This document shows, one piece after another, positions 27,359 to 37,734 of a stretch of DNA of 53,115 nucleotides. The notes beneath the pieces are model-generated. The model worked only from the letters and a program-made list of their open reading frames with translations. It did not search any database and was not told the DNA's origin. How positions within the stretch are numbered: position 1 is the first letter of the stretch; each line of letters begins with the position of its first letter. The stretch comes from Eubacterium sp. (GTDB taxonomy: Bacteria; Bacillota; Clostridia; Lachnospirales; Lachnospiraceae): assembly GCA_022769785.1 (NCBI GenBank), contig JALEIY010000129.1, positions 1 through 53,115 of the forward strand. Reading direction: 5' to 3'. Position numbers and translations under genes: made by a program.

Positions 27359-28606
27359 ATGAATGAAAATGAAATCACAGAAGTAAAAGTTGAAGAGAAA
27401 GAAGAAACAAAGAAAAAAAAGAAACCAGGGCGGATAAAAAAGCTGATACTGACGCTTCTTGTTCTGGCAGTTGGTTTTTCAGGTGGGCTATTATTCGCTT
27501 ATTCGGGAGTATTGAGCGGAGGTTCTCTGAATTATGTTTCCGTAATCAAAAAGCTTAATATGTTACAGGAGTATATTGATGCATATTATCTGGATGATTA
27601 TGAGCAGGAGAATCTGGAAAGCGGACTGCTTAACGGCTTTATGTCCGGACTTGGTGACCCATATTCCTGTTATTATACGAAAGAGGACTATCAGTCTCTG
27701 ACGGAGGAAGATTCCGGAGAATACAAAGGAATCGGTATTACCGTTATGCAGGATTCGCTGACAGGAGAGGTAGTCATCGAACAGGTGATGAAAGACCAGC
27801 CGGCTTATAAAGCAGGGATAGAAAGCGGAGATGTTATAACGGCCGTAGACAATGAGAAGGTTGAGGGCCTGCGGCTCAATGAAGTTGTTCACCGTATTAA
27901 ACATTCCAAAGACGAGAAAGTGAAGATATCGATTTCTCGTGAAGAAAAAGAACTGGAGTTTCTGGTTGATAAAGCCAATATCGTGATTCAGTCCGTAGAA
28001 AGTGAAATGAAAGAAGGAACAATCGGATATATTTCCGTTTCTCAATTCATTGAAAACACGGATGAACAGTTTATAGAAGCCGTAGACAAACTGGAAAAAG
28101 AAGGAATGACCGGTCTGGTTCTGGATCTTCGGGACAACGGAGGAGGATTGGTAGATTCCTGCGTGAATATGGTGTCCAGAATTATTCCGGAAGGCGACCT
28201 GATTGTATATACGGAAGACAAGAATGGCGGCAAAATAGAATATAACAGCAATTCGGACAAGGTTCTTGATGTGCCGATTGTTATTCTTGTCAATGAAGAT
28301 ACCGCCAGTGCATCTGAAATTATGACCGGATGTCTGAAAGATTACGGACTTGCCGAAGTACTTGGAACCCAAACCTTTGGAAAAGGAATAGTACAAAGTA
28401 TTGTTCCGTTTGTGGATGGAAGCGCAATGAAGCTGACTGTGGCCAAATACTATACACCGAAAGGAAATGATATCCACAAGGTGGGAATAGAACCGGATAT
28501 AAAGATGGAAATCAGTGAAACAGAATGGAAGGCTGCTCAGAAGAATCCTGAAAAAGATACCCAGTTGAAAAAAGCAATCCGTTTACTGCAACAAAAAAAT
28601 AAATAA
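27359..28606 (+). CDS. S41-family C-terminal processing peptidase (PDZ)
   Basis: TM anchor, LGDPYS, GIGI PDZ, DLRDNGGG, TASASEI and TFGKG motifs. Confidence 0.95.
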   Translation: MNENEITEVKVEEKEETKKKKKPGRIKKLILTLLVLAVGFSGGLLFAYSGVLSGGSLNYVSVIKKLNMLQEYIDAYYLDDYEQENLESGLLNGFMSGLGDPYSCYYTKEDYQSLTEEDSGEYKGIGITVMQDSLTGEVVIEQVMKDQPAYKAGIESGDVITAVDNEKVEGLRLNEVVHRIKHSKDEKVKISISREEKELEFLVDKANIVIQSVESEMKEGTIGYISVSQFIENTDEQFIEAVDKLEKEGMTGLVLDLRDNGGGLVDSCVNMVSRIIPEGDLIVYTEDKNGGKIEYNSNSDKVLDVPIVILVNEDTASASEIMTGCLKDYGLAEVLGTQTFGKGIVQSIVPFVDGSAMKLTVAKYYTPKGNDIHKVGIEPDIKMEISETEWKAAQKNPEKDTQLKKAIRLLQQKNK

Positions 28607-28614
28607 TAACACTT

Positions 28615-28649
28615 CAGGGAATCTGCATCAGCAGATTCCCTGTTCTTTT
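28615..28649 (+). terminator. Intrinsic terminator of the S41 gene, overlapping the convergent gene's stop
   Basis: Perfect 12-bp stem CAGGGAATCTGC-ATCA-GCAGATTCCCTG followed by TTCTTTT. Confidence 0.85.
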
Positions 28650-29104
28650 AGAAATGAAGTAAGATGGTCGGTTACGGAATGCTCCAGGGATTTATCCAGA
28701 GAAAAAGTACGGTAGGATATTCCGCTGGTAAGACGCAAATTCCCAGGCTCAAAAAGAATATTCAGATAAATCCCTTCAATGTCTTCCGGAGAAAAAGGAC
28801 TATTACTTTCTTTTAAAAGAAAAGCCTTGGAAGAGTCTGGAAGGGCAAGGACAATACGGCAGCCGAGAGGAAGCTGTTTGCCCTTGATAATTTGAAATAA
28901 AAAAGGCTTTGCTTCCTTCCAGAAGCAATAATCTCTGTGAATTTCCATATCGGTGGAATAAAAGTCTTTGTTCAGATGGCCGTCCAGGTGATAAGAGATT
29001 CCCATTCGGACAGAAGCCTCCACAAGATAAAACCGGTCGAAGGTCTCGCCGGACAGAAGGCAATTCATAAAATGTTTAATATCAGTTATCTGTAAGGAAA
29101 GCAT
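28628..29104 (-). CDS. Conserved clostridial hypothetical protein (DUF5721-like)
   Basis: IKHFMNCLL..FDRFYLVEA..IKGK..P..SYRTFSLDKSLE pattern; RBS AGGAGG. Confidence 0.75.
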   Translation of the reverse strand: MLSLQITDIKHFMNCLLSGETFDRFYLVEASVRMGISYHLDGHLNKDFYSTDMEIHRDYCFWKEAKPFLFQIIKGKQLPLGCRIVLALPDSSKAFLLKESNSPFSPEDIEGIYLNILFEPGNLRLTSGISYRTFSLDKSLEHSVTDHLTSFLKEQGIC

Positions 29105-29218
29105 ATTCTTCCTCCTGATTGATTGCAATAATAGTAGTTCTGTACTAAAATATAATAATATCCAATGTCTGGATTATATTGTAGCACAGGAAAATATATT
29201 TGAAAAGGATACAGATTT

Positions 29219-30493
29219 ATGAATACATTGACAGAATGCTTAAAAAAAGGAACTGCGCCGGTTCAGGTAATTTCTTTTGCAAAACAATACCTGCAAAATG
29301 AAGGCTTTGAAGAACTTTGTTATGATAAACTTTTCGGTCCGCAGTTAAAAGGAAAATATTATATCACCCCATTTAAAGATGTACTGTTTGCGTTCACCAT
29401 GGGGGCAAAGAGAAACTTTATTCAGTCGGTTCGTATGGCGTTTGCTCATGTGGATCAGCCCTGTTTTAAAATTAAAGGCAGGCCGGAAATAAAAAGTATG
29501 GGCTGTGCTCAGCTTAATGTGGAGGTTTATGGAGGTATGATGGACCATACCTGGTTTGACAGACCGCTGGGGATGGCAGGTACGGTCATGCTTCGGGGAG
29601 AAAATGCATTTACTCCGGAAGAAAGACAATATGAAAGCGGAAGACCGGTGGCCATTATACCTGGTATTGCCATTCATATGCAGAGAAATGCCAACAGTGG
29701 CTGGGAGATAGACCGCCAGAGAGAACTCATACCGGTCGTCGGGCTGGTCGGTGGCCAGTGGACGGAAAACTCCTTTACAGAATTTCTGGCAAAAGAGCTG
29801 GAAGTGGATGAGTCTGAAATATTAAGCTGGGATTTGAATCTTTATAATTATGATGCCCCAATGCTTCTCGGATTGGAAAATGAACTGATTTCCAGTCCAA
29901 GGCTGGATAATCTGGCTTCAGTGGCCGCATTGCTTGAAGCAATTACAGAGGGAGAAAGAAGCAATGGTATCAATCTGATTGGTCTGTTCAATCACGAAGA
30001 GGTGGGAAGTGTCAGCAAATCCGGTGCCGATTCCGAACTATTGACCAATGTACTGAAAGGGATTTTCGGTGCAATGGGGTGTCCCGATGAGGTGTTTCGG
30101 GCTTCTATGGCACAAAGCTTTTATCTGTCAGTAGATGGAGCCCACGGTGCCCATCCGAATTATACAGACCGCTGCGATATTACGACCAGGGCCTACGTGG
30201 GACAGGGTGCGGCAATCAAAGCCAGCGGAACCTGTAAATATGCTTCTGATTGCCGGATGCAGGCAATTTTAAAAGCATTGTCGGAAAAATATGATGTGCC
30301 ACTGCAGACAATCAATGACCGGAATACGATTCGGGGAGGTTCAACACTAGGGCCGATGATTGGTTCCCATCTGCCAATGACAGGCTGTGATGTGGGAATT
30401 CCGATGTGGGCCATGCATTCTGCCAGAGAAACCATGGCGATTTCCGATTATGAAGCCTTATGTCAGATTGTCACCGCTTTTTTCGCAGATTGA
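29219..30493 (+). CDS. M18-family (aspartyl) aminopeptidase
   Basis: AHVD, WFDRPL, RLDNL, HEEVGS, GSTLGP and MHSARE motifs. Confidence 0.93.
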   Translation: MNTLTECLKKGTAPVQVISFAKQYLQNEGFEELCYDKLFGPQLKGKYYITPFKDVLFAFTMGAKRNFIQSVRMAFAHVDQPCFKIKGRPEIKSMGCAQLNVEVYGGMMDHTWFDRPLGMAGTVMLRGENAFTPEERQYESGRPVAIIPGIAIHMQRNANSGWEIDRQRELIPVVGLVGGQWTENSFTEFLAKELEVDESEILSWDLNLYNYDAPMLLGLENELISSPRLDNLASVAALLEAITEGERSNGINLIGLFNHEEVGSVSKSGADSELLTNVLKGIFGAMGCPDEVFRASMAQSFYLSVDGAHGAHPNYTDRCDITTRAYVGQGAAIKASGTCKYASDCRMQAILKALSEKYDVPLQTINDRNTIRGGSTLGPMIGSHLPMTGCDVGIPMWAMHSARETMAISDYEALCQIVTAFFAD

Positions 30494-30506
30494 GAACGGT
30501 CAGAGG

Positions 30507-30534
30507 TCTAAATATTCTCCCTCCCGCATATACT
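30507..30534 (+). promoter_or_regulatory. Putative sigma-E (mother-cell) promoter of spoIVA
   Basis: TCTAAA-14-CATATACT upstream of spoIVA fits the sigma-E pattern. Confidence 0.6.
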
Positions 30535-30559
30535 GCATTAGTATTGGGGAGGGATTTTC

Positions 30560-32029
30560 ATGGAAAAACAAAACATATATCAGGACATATCCATCCGAAC
30601 CGGAGGAGAAATCTATCTGGGCGTGGTCGGACCGGTGAGAAGCGGAAAATCCACATTTATCAAGCGATTTATGGAAATGATGGTGCTCCCGGAAATCCTT
30701 GACGAAAACGAGAGAAAAAGAACTTTTGATGAACTTCCGCAAAGCGGGACCGGAAAAACCATAATGACGACAGAACCCAAATTCATACCCAAAGAGGCAG
30801 TAGAGCTTCCAATGGAAGATATGAAAATAAAAATCCGGCTGATTGACTGCGTAGGCTTTATGGTAAAGGGAGCCGGCGGGCATCTGGAGAACGGACAGGA
30901 GCGTCTGGTGAAAACCCCGTGGTTTGAATACGAGGTTCCATTTACAAAAGCCGCGGAATACGGAACCCGAAAAGTCATCAGAGACCATTCCACCATAGGA
31001 ATCATCGTAACCACAGACGGAAGCTTTGGGGAAATACCGAGAGATGCCTATGTGGAAGCAGAAAAGAAAACCGTAGATGAGTTGACACAAATCGGGAAAC
31101 CATTTCTGATGCTCTTAAACAGTGACCGCCCTTATTCAAGAACTACCAGAAATCTTGCGCAGGCACTCAGCAAAGAGTACCATACCTCCGTCATTCCGGT
31201 AAACTGCGATCAGTTAAGACAGGAGGATATCCTGGAAATATTAAAAAATGTATTATTGGAATTCCCGTTATCTTCGGTGGGATTTTATCTTCCAAAATGG
31301 GTAGAAACCTTAAAAGACGACCACTGGATGAAAAAATCCATCCTGGACCTGGTTCGCGGGTTCATGGCAGACCGGGTGAAAATGAAAGATATTTATCAGA
31401 AATCCATTCCGGACAACGAATATATCGAATCAGGTAAAATCGAAAAGATACATATGGATACCGGAGAAGTCGATGTCAAAATTCAAATCAGAGATTCCTA
31501 TTATTATGAGATACTCTCTGATTTAACCGGGATACCGATTCGGAGTGAATATCATCTGATTCGGACGCTCAAAGAACTGGCGGGGCGGAAAAAAGAATTT
31601 CAGGAGGTCTCGCAGGCTCTGAAGGATGCCAGAGAACGGGGATATGGAGTGATGAAGCCGGTACCCTCAGAAATTGTACTTTCAGAGCCGGAGGTAGTCA
31701 AACATGGAAGTAAATTCGGGGTAAAAATCAGAGCCGAAGCACCATCGATTCATCTAATCCGTGCTAATCTGTCTACAGAAGTTGCACCGATTGTCGGTAC
31801 ACAGATGCAGGCAGAAGACCTCATAACCTATATCAGAGAGCAGGCGGGAGAAGACCCGAAAGAAATATGGAATGTCAATATATTCGGGAAAACACTGGAA
31901 CAGCTGGTGGATGACGGAATATCAGGAAAAGTAACAAAAATCAACGAAGACAGTCAGGAAAAACTGCAGAGTGCCATGGAAAAAATCGTAAACGAAAGCA
32001 GTGGAGGCCTGATTTGCATTATTATATAA
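30560..32029 (+). CDS. spoIVA: Stage IV sporulation protein A
   Basis: IYLGVVGPVRSGKSTFIKRFM, TIMTTEPKF and C-terminal GGLICIII. Confidence 0.98.
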   Translation: MEKQNIYQDISIRTGGEIYLGVVGPVRSGKSTFIKRFMEMMVLPEILDENERKRTFDELPQSGTGKTIMTTEPKFIPKEAVELPMEDMKIKIRLIDCVGFMVKGAGGHLENGQERLVKTPWFEYEVPFTKAAEYGTRKVIRDHSTIGIIVTTDGSFGEIPRDAYVEAEKKTVDELTQIGKPFLMLLNSDRPYSRTTRNLAQALSKEYHTSVIPVNCDQLRQEDILEILKNVLLEFPLSSVGFYLPKWVETLKDDHWMKKSILDLVRGFMADRVKMKDIYQKSIPDNEYIESGKIEKIHMDTGEVDVKIQIRDSYYYEILSDLTGIPIRSEYHLIRTLKELAGRKKEFQEVSQALKDARERGYGVMKPVPSEIVLSEPEVVKHGSKFGVKIRAEAPSIHLIRANLSTEVAPIVGTQMQAEDLITYIREQAGEDPKEIWNVNIFGKTLEQLVDDGISGKVTKINEDSQEKLQSAMEKIVNESSGGLICIII

Positions 32030-32162
32030 TCAGAGAAAAATACAAAAAACCGGCGTGGTTTTGTCGTAGAAAAGAGAAAAAACCGGCTGTCACAGACTGC
32101 GGACCGGAGTCTGCATTTTGGGACAGCCGAATTTGACGTGGCGTCAGCATACAGGAGGAAAC

Positions 32163-32642
32163 ATGAAAGTAATCATATATACAGACGGAGCGGCCAAAGG
32201 CAATCCCGACGGTCCGGGTGGGTATGGAACCGTATTGCTTTATACCGATGCAAAAGGAAATTGTCACCGGAGAGAATACAGCGGTGGATACAAAAAAACA
32301 ACCAATAACCGAATGGAGCTGATGGCGGCCATTATCGGGCTGGAGGCGTTGATTCGTCCCTGCCAGGTGGAGCTTTATTCCGACTCCCAGTATCTGGTCA
32401 AAGCATTTAAGGAGCACTGGATAGAAAGCTGGCAGAAAAAAAACTGGACCAGAGGAAAAAATCAGCCGGTGAAAAACGTCGATTTGTGGAAGCGGCTGCT
32501 AAAAGCCATGGAGCCCCACGAAGTCGAATTTCACTGGGTAAAAGGTCATGCCGGTCATGAAGAAAATGAGCGGTGCGACCAGCTGGCGGTTTCTGCTGCC
32601 ATGGGAGAAAACCTCATGGAAGATCCGGGTGTCGCAGTTTAG
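32163..32642 (+). CDS. rnhA: Ribonuclease HI
   Basis: [17 protein letters not shown] and WVKGHAG..NERCD; RBS AGGAGG. Confidence 0.97.
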   Translation: MKVIIYTDGAAKGNPDGPGGYGTVLLYTDAKGNCHRREYSGGYKKTTNNRMELMAAIIGLEALIRPCQVELYSDSQYLVKAFKEHWIESWQKKNWTRGKNQPVKNVDLWKRLLKAMEPHEVEFHWVKGHAGHEENERCDQLAVSAAMGENLMEDPGVAV

Positions 32643-32771
32643 TATAATGGAAACAATTATACAGGGAAAATGCGAAGAAAAAAGTGTATTTTCAGTCAGA
32701 GTATGGTATACTAAAGCTATAAAAGCGGAAAAGCCATACCTGAAGGCGTAATTGAATTTGGGGGTGATTGT

Positions 32772-33575
32772 GTGGAAATACAACTTTGGCGGGAACTGCT
32801 GGATCCTTATCAACTTGCCGTGGACGAGCTTCTGGTGAAGTTCAATCATATTATTACGGAACACAGAAACAGAGGGCTGTATTCCCCGATTGAATTCGTT
32901 GATGGCAGAGTAAAAAGTATAGAGAGCATATTGGAGAAGATGTGCCGTAAAGATGTTTCCATGAATGACATCGAAGAGAAGATTGAGGATATTGCGGGAA
33001 TCAGAATCACCTGTCAGTTTGTGGAGGATATCGACCGTGTGGTTAATATCATAAAACAGCGTACAGACATGAAGGTGAAACAGGAGAAAGATTATATCAA
33101 TCATATGAAAGCCAGCGGATATCGCAGTTATCATATGATTATTGTCTATCCGGTGAATACAATCGAAGGATGCCGTGAAATCAATGCGGAGATTCAGATT
33201 CGCACCATGGCCATGAATTTCTGGGCCACCATTGAGCATTCACTGCAGTACAAATATAAAGAAAATATTCCGGATTACATACAGCAAAAGCTGATGCATG
33301 CTTCCGAGGCCATTATTGAGATTGACAAGGCCATGTCGGATGTCCGGGATGAGATTATGGATGCGCAGAATTCTCACAGGAAAAAAGAGAATCTTGTGAA
33401 AGACATTCTTAATAATATCCAGAACCTCTACAAAGTGGCAAGTAAACGGGAAGTAACCAGAATTCAGGATGAGTTTTATAAAGTGTACCAGATGGATGAT
33501 ATGATGCAGCTGCAGCATTTTTCCAAGCAGCTTGACATTATTTCGGAAGGATACCGGGCGCAGAGTCTTCAGTAA
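32772..33575 (+). CDS. Small alarmone synthetase / GTP pyrophosphokinase (RelP/RelQ/YjbM-like)
   Basis: GRVK, DIAGIR, SGYRSYH, EIQIRT and WATIEH motifs; GTG start. Confidence 0.93.
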   Translation: MEIQLWRELLDPYQLAVDELLVKFNHIITEHRNRGLYSPIEFVDGRVKSIESILEKMCRKDVSMNDIEEKIEDIAGIRITCQFVEDIDRVVNIIKQRTDMKVKQEKDYINHMKASGYRSYHMIIVYPVNTIEGCREINAEIQIRTMAMNFWATIEHSLQYKYKENIPDYIQQKLMHASEAIIEIDKAMSDVRDEIMDAQNSHRKKENLVKDILNNIQNLYKVASKREVTRIQDEFYKVYQMDDMMQLQHFSKQLDIISEGYRAQSLQ

Positions 33576-33600
33576 AAGACAAAACGGCTGAGAAAAGAAA

Positions 33601-34998
33601 ATGGAGAAAATCATGGAATTACCGAAAGCATTTCAGGAAAAAATGAAAAACCTACTGGGCAATGATTATGATAATTATCTTTTGAGCTTTTCCGAAAAAT
33701 ACGGACAGACACTGAGAATCAATCAGTTGAAAGCAAAACCGGCGGAAGTATTCCGCCGGTTTATTTGCGATGGGGACAGAAAAAAAGAAGAAGGCTCCGA
33801 TTTTGCACCGGTACCCTGGTGTGAAAACGGTTTTTATTATAAAGGAGAAGAAAGACTGTCCATGCATCCGGCCTATTATGGAGGGGCCTATTATCTGCAG
33901 GAGCCTTCTGCCATGGCACCGGCCGCTTTTTTACCGGTAGAACCGGGAGAAAAAGTGCTTGACCTTTGTGCCGCACCGGGAGGGAAAACGACGGCTCTTG
34001 CAGGCAAAATGAACGGAGAGGGTGTACTGGTAGCCAATGACATCAGTATTTCCCGCTGTCGGGCTCTTCTGAAAAATGTGGAGCTGTCCGGTGCAAAAAA
34101 TGTGGTAATCACCTGTGCGGAGCCGGAAAAGCTGGCCGTTTGTTTTTCGGAATATTTCGACAAGATTCTGATAGACGCACCCTGTTCCGGCGAGGGAATG
34201 TTTCGAAAAGAACCATCCATGGCAAAAAACTGGTCTCCGGAAGAAGTGGAGAAATACAGCATAATTCAGAAAAATATACTTAGCCAGGCTGTCAAAATGC
34301 TGAAACCGGGCGGCTGCCTTTTATATTCCACCTGCACCTATTCTCCGGAAGAGAACGAACAGGTAGTGGAAACCTTACTGGAATCCGGGGAATATAAGCT
34401 TCTGCCGCTGCCGGAGTACGAAGGGGTGGCAAAGGGATGCCCGGAATGGAGTAAAACCGGAGAAAAAAGTCTGGAAAACTGCCGGCGTTTCTGGAATCAC
34501 AGAGTAAAAGGAGAAGGACAGTTCGCGGCACTGATAAAAAAAATGCCCGGAGAACAGAGAAAAAAAGCGACCTCTAAACCTGTAAAAACAAAACTGCCGG
34601 AAGAACTGAAAGAATTTCTTCGTCACATAAAAGCAGATTTTCCGCAGGAGAGAATTGTCATGATAAAAGAACGGGCGTTTCTCGTGCCGGAAGGGTTGCC
34701 GGAATTAAAAGGACTTCGGATTGTCAGCTCCGGACTTCATCTGGGAGACTGCAAAAAGAACCGTTTTGAGCCGGGAGCAGCCCTGGCTCTGGCTTTAAAA
34801 CCAGAAGAATATGACAATGTAATTTCCCTGGAATTGTCCGATGTCCGTGTCGATAAATATTTACGATGTGAAACCGTGTTTGCAAAAGCAAAAGATGGAT
34901 GGGCTCTTATATGTGCCGATGAATTTCCGCTGGGATGGGGAAAGGTAAAAAACGAAACAGTAAAAAATAAATACCCTGCCGGATGGAGGAAAGGATAA
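33601..34998 (+). CDS. RsmF/NOL1/NOP2-family RNA m5C methyltransferase
   Basis: YYLQEPSAM, DLCAAPGGK, DAPCSGEGMFRK and YSTCT motifs. Confidence 0.93.
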   Translation: MEKIMELPKAFQEKMKNLLGNDYDNYLLSFSEKYGQTLRINQLKAKPAEVFRRFICDGDRKKEEGSDFAPVPWCENGFYYKGEERLSMHPAYYGGAYYLQEPSAMAPAAFLPVEPGEKVLDLCAAPGGKTTALAGKMNGEGVLVANDISISRCRALLKNVELSGAKNVVITCAEPEKLAVCFSEYFDKILIDAPCSGEGMFRKEPSMAKNWSPEEVEKYSIIQKNILSQAVKMLKPGGCLLYSTCTYSPEENEQVVETLLESGEYKLLPLPEYEGVAKGCPEWSKTGEKSLENCRRFWNHRVKGEGQFAALIKKMPGEQRKKATSKPVKTKLPEELKEFLRHIKADFPQERIVMIKERAFLVPEGLPELKGLRIVSSGLHLGDCKKNRFEPGAALALALKPEEYDNVISLELSDVRVDKYLRCETVFAKAKDGWALICADEFPLGWGKVKNETVKNKYPAGWRKG

Positions 34999-35001
34999 CC
35001 C

Positions 35002-35721
35002 ATGAAACCCATGAGACTGGACAAATATCTGACAAAAGTACATAATATGAGTCGTTCCGAGGCAAAACAATTTATAAAAAAAGGCCGTGTTCGGATAAAC
35101 GGTGTGGTGGAAAAACGCGCAGAGTGTAAAATTGATGCCGACGTGGCCAGAGTCGAGCTGGACGGAGAAAGGTGTGTTTTTGAGGAACACATCTATCGGA
35201 TGCTCAATAAACCGGCGGGGGTGGTCACCGCCACAAAGGATGCGGAAGAAAAGACCGTGATGGACTGCCTGGAGTCTTCCAATCGTTCCCTGTTTCCTGT
35301 GGGAAGGCTGGACAAGGATACCGAAGGCCTGCTTTTGATTACCGACGATGGGGAACTGGCACATAATCTGCTTTCTCCCGTCAAACATATCGATAAATGT
35401 TATTTTGCCCTTCTGGACGGTCCGGTGGGCGAGAAAGAGGAAAAACTGTTTCAGGAAGGTCTTGACATCGGGGATGACAAGAAAACATTGCCTGCCCGGC
35501 TTGTGCCGGCAGGGGAGCAGACCGGAGGATTTGGAGTATATATCACCATACAGGAAGGCAGATATCATCAGGTAAAGCGGATGGCAAAAGCAATCGGAAG
35601 AGAAGTACTGTATTTAAAACGTATTTCTATGGGAAGTCTGAAGCTGGATGAAGAACTGAAACCGGGACAGTCACGTCCCCTGACCAGAGAGGAAATTGAC
35701 GGATTAAAAAACAGAGTGTAA
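35002..35721 (+). CDS. rsuA: RsuA-family pseudouridine synthase
   Basis: S4 domain MRLDKYL, GRLDKDTEG and EGRYHQVKRM. Confidence 0.9.
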   Translation: MKPMRLDKYLTKVHNMSRSEAKQFIKKGRVRINGVVEKRAECKIDADVARVELDGERCVFEEHIYRMLNKPAGVVTATKDAEEKTVMDCLESSNRSLFPVGRLDKDTEGLLLITDDGELAHNLLSPVKHIDKCYFALLDGPVGEKEEKLFQEGLDIGDDKKTLPARLVPAGEQTGGFGVYITIQEGRYHQVKRMAKAIGREVLYLKRISMGSLKLDEELKPGQSRPLTREEIDGLKNRV

Positions 35722-35751
35722 ATCGCCGGACGAAACAGATGGAGAAAAAAT

Positions 35752-37719
35752 ATGCGAAATAAAACGGGATTTTTGCCCATGAATCAAAAAGAAATGAAAG
35801 AAAGAGGCTGGGAACAGGCCGATTTTGTCTACATTTCAGGAGATGCCTATGTGGACCATCCTTCCTTTGGCATGGCAATCATTACAAGACTTTTAGAAAG
35901 CAGAGGATATAAGGTGGCTGTCATAGCACAGCCGGACTGGAAAGATGAAAAAAGTATCACAGTGTGCGGGGAACCGCGGCTGGCCTTCCTGGTGTCCGGA
36001 GGAAATATGGATTCCATGGTGAACCATTATACCTCCTCAAAAAAGAGAAGGCACCAGGATGCATATACACCCGGCGGGGGATTTTCCCGGCGTCCGGACA
36101 GAGCTTCTGTAGTCTACGCTAATCTGATACGAAAGAGCTACAAAAAAACCCCGATTTTACTGGGAGGCATTGAAGCCTCTTTACGCCGGATGGCTCATTA
36201 TGATTACTGGAGTGACAAAGTGAAACGTTCCATTTTACTGGATTCCGGTGCAGACCTTTTAATGTATGGAATGGGAGAGCATTCCGTTTTGGAAATTGCA
36301 GAAGCATTGGACAGTGGAATTGATGTAAAAGATATTACTTATGTAAGGGGCACTGTATTTAAAACACGCAATCTCAGTGAACTGGAGGGAGAATATGAAT
36401 TACTCCCATCTTATCCGGAAATATTAGAATCCAAAGAGGTATTTGCAAAAAGCTATTATCGCCAGTATGTAAATACCGATGCCATTACAGCAAAAAGACT
36501 GGTGGAGCCTTATAAAGAGAGTGAGTATATTGTGCAGAATCCGCCGGCTCTGCCGTTGTCAACGGAAGAAATGGACGAGGTATACGGACTTCCGTATATG
36601 AGAACCTGGCATCCTTCCTATGAGAAAGAAGGAGGCGTACCGGCCCTGCAGGAAGTGCGCTTTTCCCTGGTCAGCAACCGGGGCTGCTTTGGTGGCTGCA
36701 GCTTTTGTGCCCTGACTTTTCATCAGGGAAGACGGGTTCAGGCAAGAAGTCATGAATCGATTATAAGAGAAGCAGAGGAAATGACAAAAGACCCGGAATT
36801 TAAAGGGTATATCCACGATGTGGGAGGCCCTACGGCAGACTTCCGGTATCCGGCCTGTAAGAAACAGGTGGAAAAAGGAGTCTGCGCCGAAAGGCAGTGC
36901 CTGTTTCCAAAAACCTGCCCGAACCTGCGCAGTGACCACAGCGACTATATCCGGCTGTTGAAAAAGCTTCGCAATATTCCAGGGGTAAAAAAGGTATTTA
37001 TCCGGTCGGGGATTCGTTTTGACTATGTGCTTGCCGATAAAAATAAAGATTTCCTGGAAGAATTATGCCGTTATCATGTGAGCGGACAGTTGAAAGTAGC
37101 GCCGGAGCACATTTGTGACGCTGTTCTTACCATGATGGGAAAGCCATCGAACGATGTTTATGAACGCTTTGTGGAGCAATATCATGAGATGAACAAAAAG
37201 CTTGGGAAAAAACAGTATCTGGTGCCATACCTCATGTCTTCCCATCCAGGCTCCGGTCTGAAAGAAGCGGTGGCCCTGGCAGAATACGTCAGGGATTTGG
37301 GATATATGCCGGAGCAGGTACAGGATTTTTATCCGACTCCGGGAACCATTTCCACCTGTATGTATTATACCGGACTGGACCCGAGAACCATGAAGCCGGT
37401 GTATGTTCCCGTTACCATGGAAGAAAAACAGCTGCAAAGAGCACTCATTCAGTACCGGAATCCGAACAATTACCAACTGGTAAAAAAGGCACTTCTCCGG
37501 GCGGGCAGAGAGGATTTAATAGGGTTTGATAAAAAATGTCTGATTCGTCCCCGGGAAAACGCCGCACAGAAAAATCAGAAGGGAAAAACCGCAGCATTTT
37601 CTGGACAGGAGAACCGGAGAACTGCCGCAAAAAAAGGCAGAGGCGGTGAACAAACCGTTGCTGGAATGAAAAATAAAAAGAAAACAATCCGAAATGTCCA
37701 TAAAAAGAAAAAAAGCTGA
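35752..37719 (+). CDS. YgiQ-family radical SAM protein
   Basis: GDAYVDHPSFG, RGCFGGCSFC and QVQDFYPTP motifs. Confidence 0.93.
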   Translation: MRNKTGFLPMNQKEMKERGWEQADFVYISGDAYVDHPSFGMAIITRLLESRGYKVAVIAQPDWKDEKSITVCGEPRLAFLVSGGNMDSMVNHYTSSKKRRHQDAYTPGGGFSRRPDRASVVYANLIRKSYKKTPILLGGIEASLRRMAHYDYWSDKVKRSILLDSGADLLMYGMGEHSVLEIAEALDSGIDVKDITYVRGTVFKTRNLSELEGEYELLPSYPEILESKEVFAKSYYRQYVNTDAITAKRLVEPYKESEYIVQNPPALPLSTEEMDEVYGLPYMRTWHPSYEKEGGVPALQEVRFSLVSNRGCFGGCSFCALTFHQGRRVQARSHESIIREAEEMTKDPEFKGYIHDVGGPTADFRYPACKKQVEKGVCAERQCLFPKTCPNLRSDHSDYIRLLKKLRNIPGVKKVFIRSGIRFDYVLADKNKDFLEELCRYHVSGQLKVAPEHICDAVLTMMGKPSNDVYERFVEQYHEMNKKLGKKQYLVPYLMSSHPGSGLKEAVALAEYVRDLGYMPEQVQDFYPTPGTISTCMYYTGLDPRTMKPVYVPVTMEEKQLQRALIQYRNPNNYQLVKKALLRAGREDLIGFDKKCLIRPRENAAQKNQKGKTAAFSGQENRRTAAKKGRGGEQTVAGMKNKKKTIRNVHKKKKS

Positions 37720-37734
37720 GAAGGAAGGGATCGC

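Noticed and set aside
27563-28477. 304-aa antisense ORF, and similar ones such as 32499-33239 and 34861-35568
   Set aside because: These are shadows of well-supported genes on the opposite strand, with no recognisable motifs.
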